NCBI GenBank assembly: GCA_021774015.1 | Contig: JAJFJO010000015.1 | Span: 1-26,247 of the forward strand | DNA from: Gammaproteobacteria bacterium | Lineage (GTDB): Bacteria > Pseudomonadota > Gammaproteobacteria > Coxiellales > Coxiellaceae | Direction of reading: 5' to 3' | Length of the DNA: 26,247 nucleotides | Notes under the pieces: model-generated | Database searches by the model: none | Seen by the model: only the letters and a program-made list of their open reading frames with translations | What the model was told of the DNA's origin: nothing | In this document: one piece after another, positions 25,576-26,247 of the stretch | Layout of the letters: every line of letters begins with the position of its first letter | Position numbering within the stretch: position 1 is the stretch's first letter | Program-made: the position numbers and the translations under genes

Positions 25576-26247
25576 TTAGAACCTCGATACATCTATGATG
25601 GTGGCTCTCCCATTTCGAACCAAAATCAATACCGGTAGCGTTTTTGTGTTTTTGAATCGACTAAAAGGCCCTTCATTGGTATTAATAGTGATCTCCCCTT
25701 TCTTAACCAGACTGACGGGTATACTTTGATTGTTTGCCCAGTCTTGTATGCCGCGAGCAGAGGGGGTCCCCGAAAAATAAAGGTTGAGCGTAATGTTTTT
25801 GTCTGATTGAATATCGGCTAATAATGTGCTCACCACCCGACGAACATTCAAATTAAGCCGTGTTAGCAAAAACAGTTTATCGCCTGAGTTCAGGCTAACA
25901 GCGTGATAGCTATAAGGGCTAAATTTGCTAACATTAAATGGTCTAATTAATGGCAAGCCTTTATTCGCCTCTGATTTTGCAAAGCCTGCAGCAGACTGCC
26001 AAGCCAACTCTTTAGCCATTTTTTCTTGTAGCTGTTTTGCATAAAGCAAGGCGAAGCGTTTTCGCTCACTGGGATTGCGTGCATTTATTCCTAATATTTC
26101 TACAGGCGATAATTTAGAACCCTTCCAATAAAGGCCACTGCGATTCTGCATGAGAAGCACATAGCGTTTTTCATCATTTTTTGTTAAGCCCCAAACTTCT
26201 GCCTGATGAAGCTCTGCTGGTGTTAACTTAACATCCTTGATGTTTTG
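25576..26247 (-). CDS. ICE protein, PFL_4693 family (TIGR03759), 5' end outside the window
   Basis: Frame open to the edge: EVWGLTKNDEKRYVLLMQ...LSPVEILGINAR..SERKRFA. Confidence 0.9.
   Translation of the reverse strand, partial: QNIKDVKLTPAELHQAEVWGLTKNDEKRYVLLMQNRSGLYWKGSKLSPVEILGINARNPSERKRFALLYAKQLQEKMAKELAWQSAAGFAKSEANKGLPLIRPFNVSKFSPYSYHAVSLNSGDKLFLLTRLNLNVRRVVSTLLADIQSDKNITLNLYFSGTPSARGIQDWANNQSIPVSLVKKGEITINTNEGPFSRFKNTKTLPVLILVRNGRATIIDVSRF

Larger units (their letters stand above)
474..26247 (-). mobile_element. Integrative conjugative element backbone with GI-type (MPF_G, PFGI-1/ICEHin1056/LGI-like) T4SS; continues beyond the right edge, left boundary uncertain
   Basis: Co-oriented, tightly packed run of PFL_46xx/47xx-family genes with VirB4, TraG_N, TraD, topB, ssb and DUF1845. 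Confidence 0.93.

Overview
Almost the whole window (about 474 to the right edge) is one minus-strand backbone of an integrative conjugative element with a genomic-island-type (MPF_G, PFGI-1/ICEHin1056-like) type IV secretion system. From right to left it encodes the PFL_4693, 4695, 4697, RAQPRD, 4701-4705, TIGR03750, TIGR03751, VirB4/TraC, PFL_4709-4711 and TraG_N proteins. These are followed by a membrane protein, the coupling protein TraD, a DsbA-like oxidoreductase, a membrane-anchored degenerate MOBH-relaxase-like protein, a DUF1845 (InrR/AcaB-like) regulator, topoisomerase III and SSB. The late position of traD resembles, from memory, the Legionella-type (LGI) islands. Left of this are a roughly 640 bp highly structured non-coding region and a cassette-like array of small genes, including a second SSB and a DUF6876-like gene. 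Five of these genes are each preceded by a copy of the same ~80-90 nt structured leader (two CCC-Nx-GGG units, then a hairpin that occludes the RBS). A partial protein-kinase-like gene at the left edge may be host or cargo. No integrase, att site, tRNA, intact relaxase or CRISPR is visible. The most unusual observations are the repeated leader array, a 63-aa ORF upstream of virB4 that carries an exact protein-level copy of the TraD Walker A motif, the apparently catalytically dead relaxase-like protein, and an antisense ORF pair with back-to-back RBSs after traG. Family assignments come from motif recognition and synteny, not from database searches.
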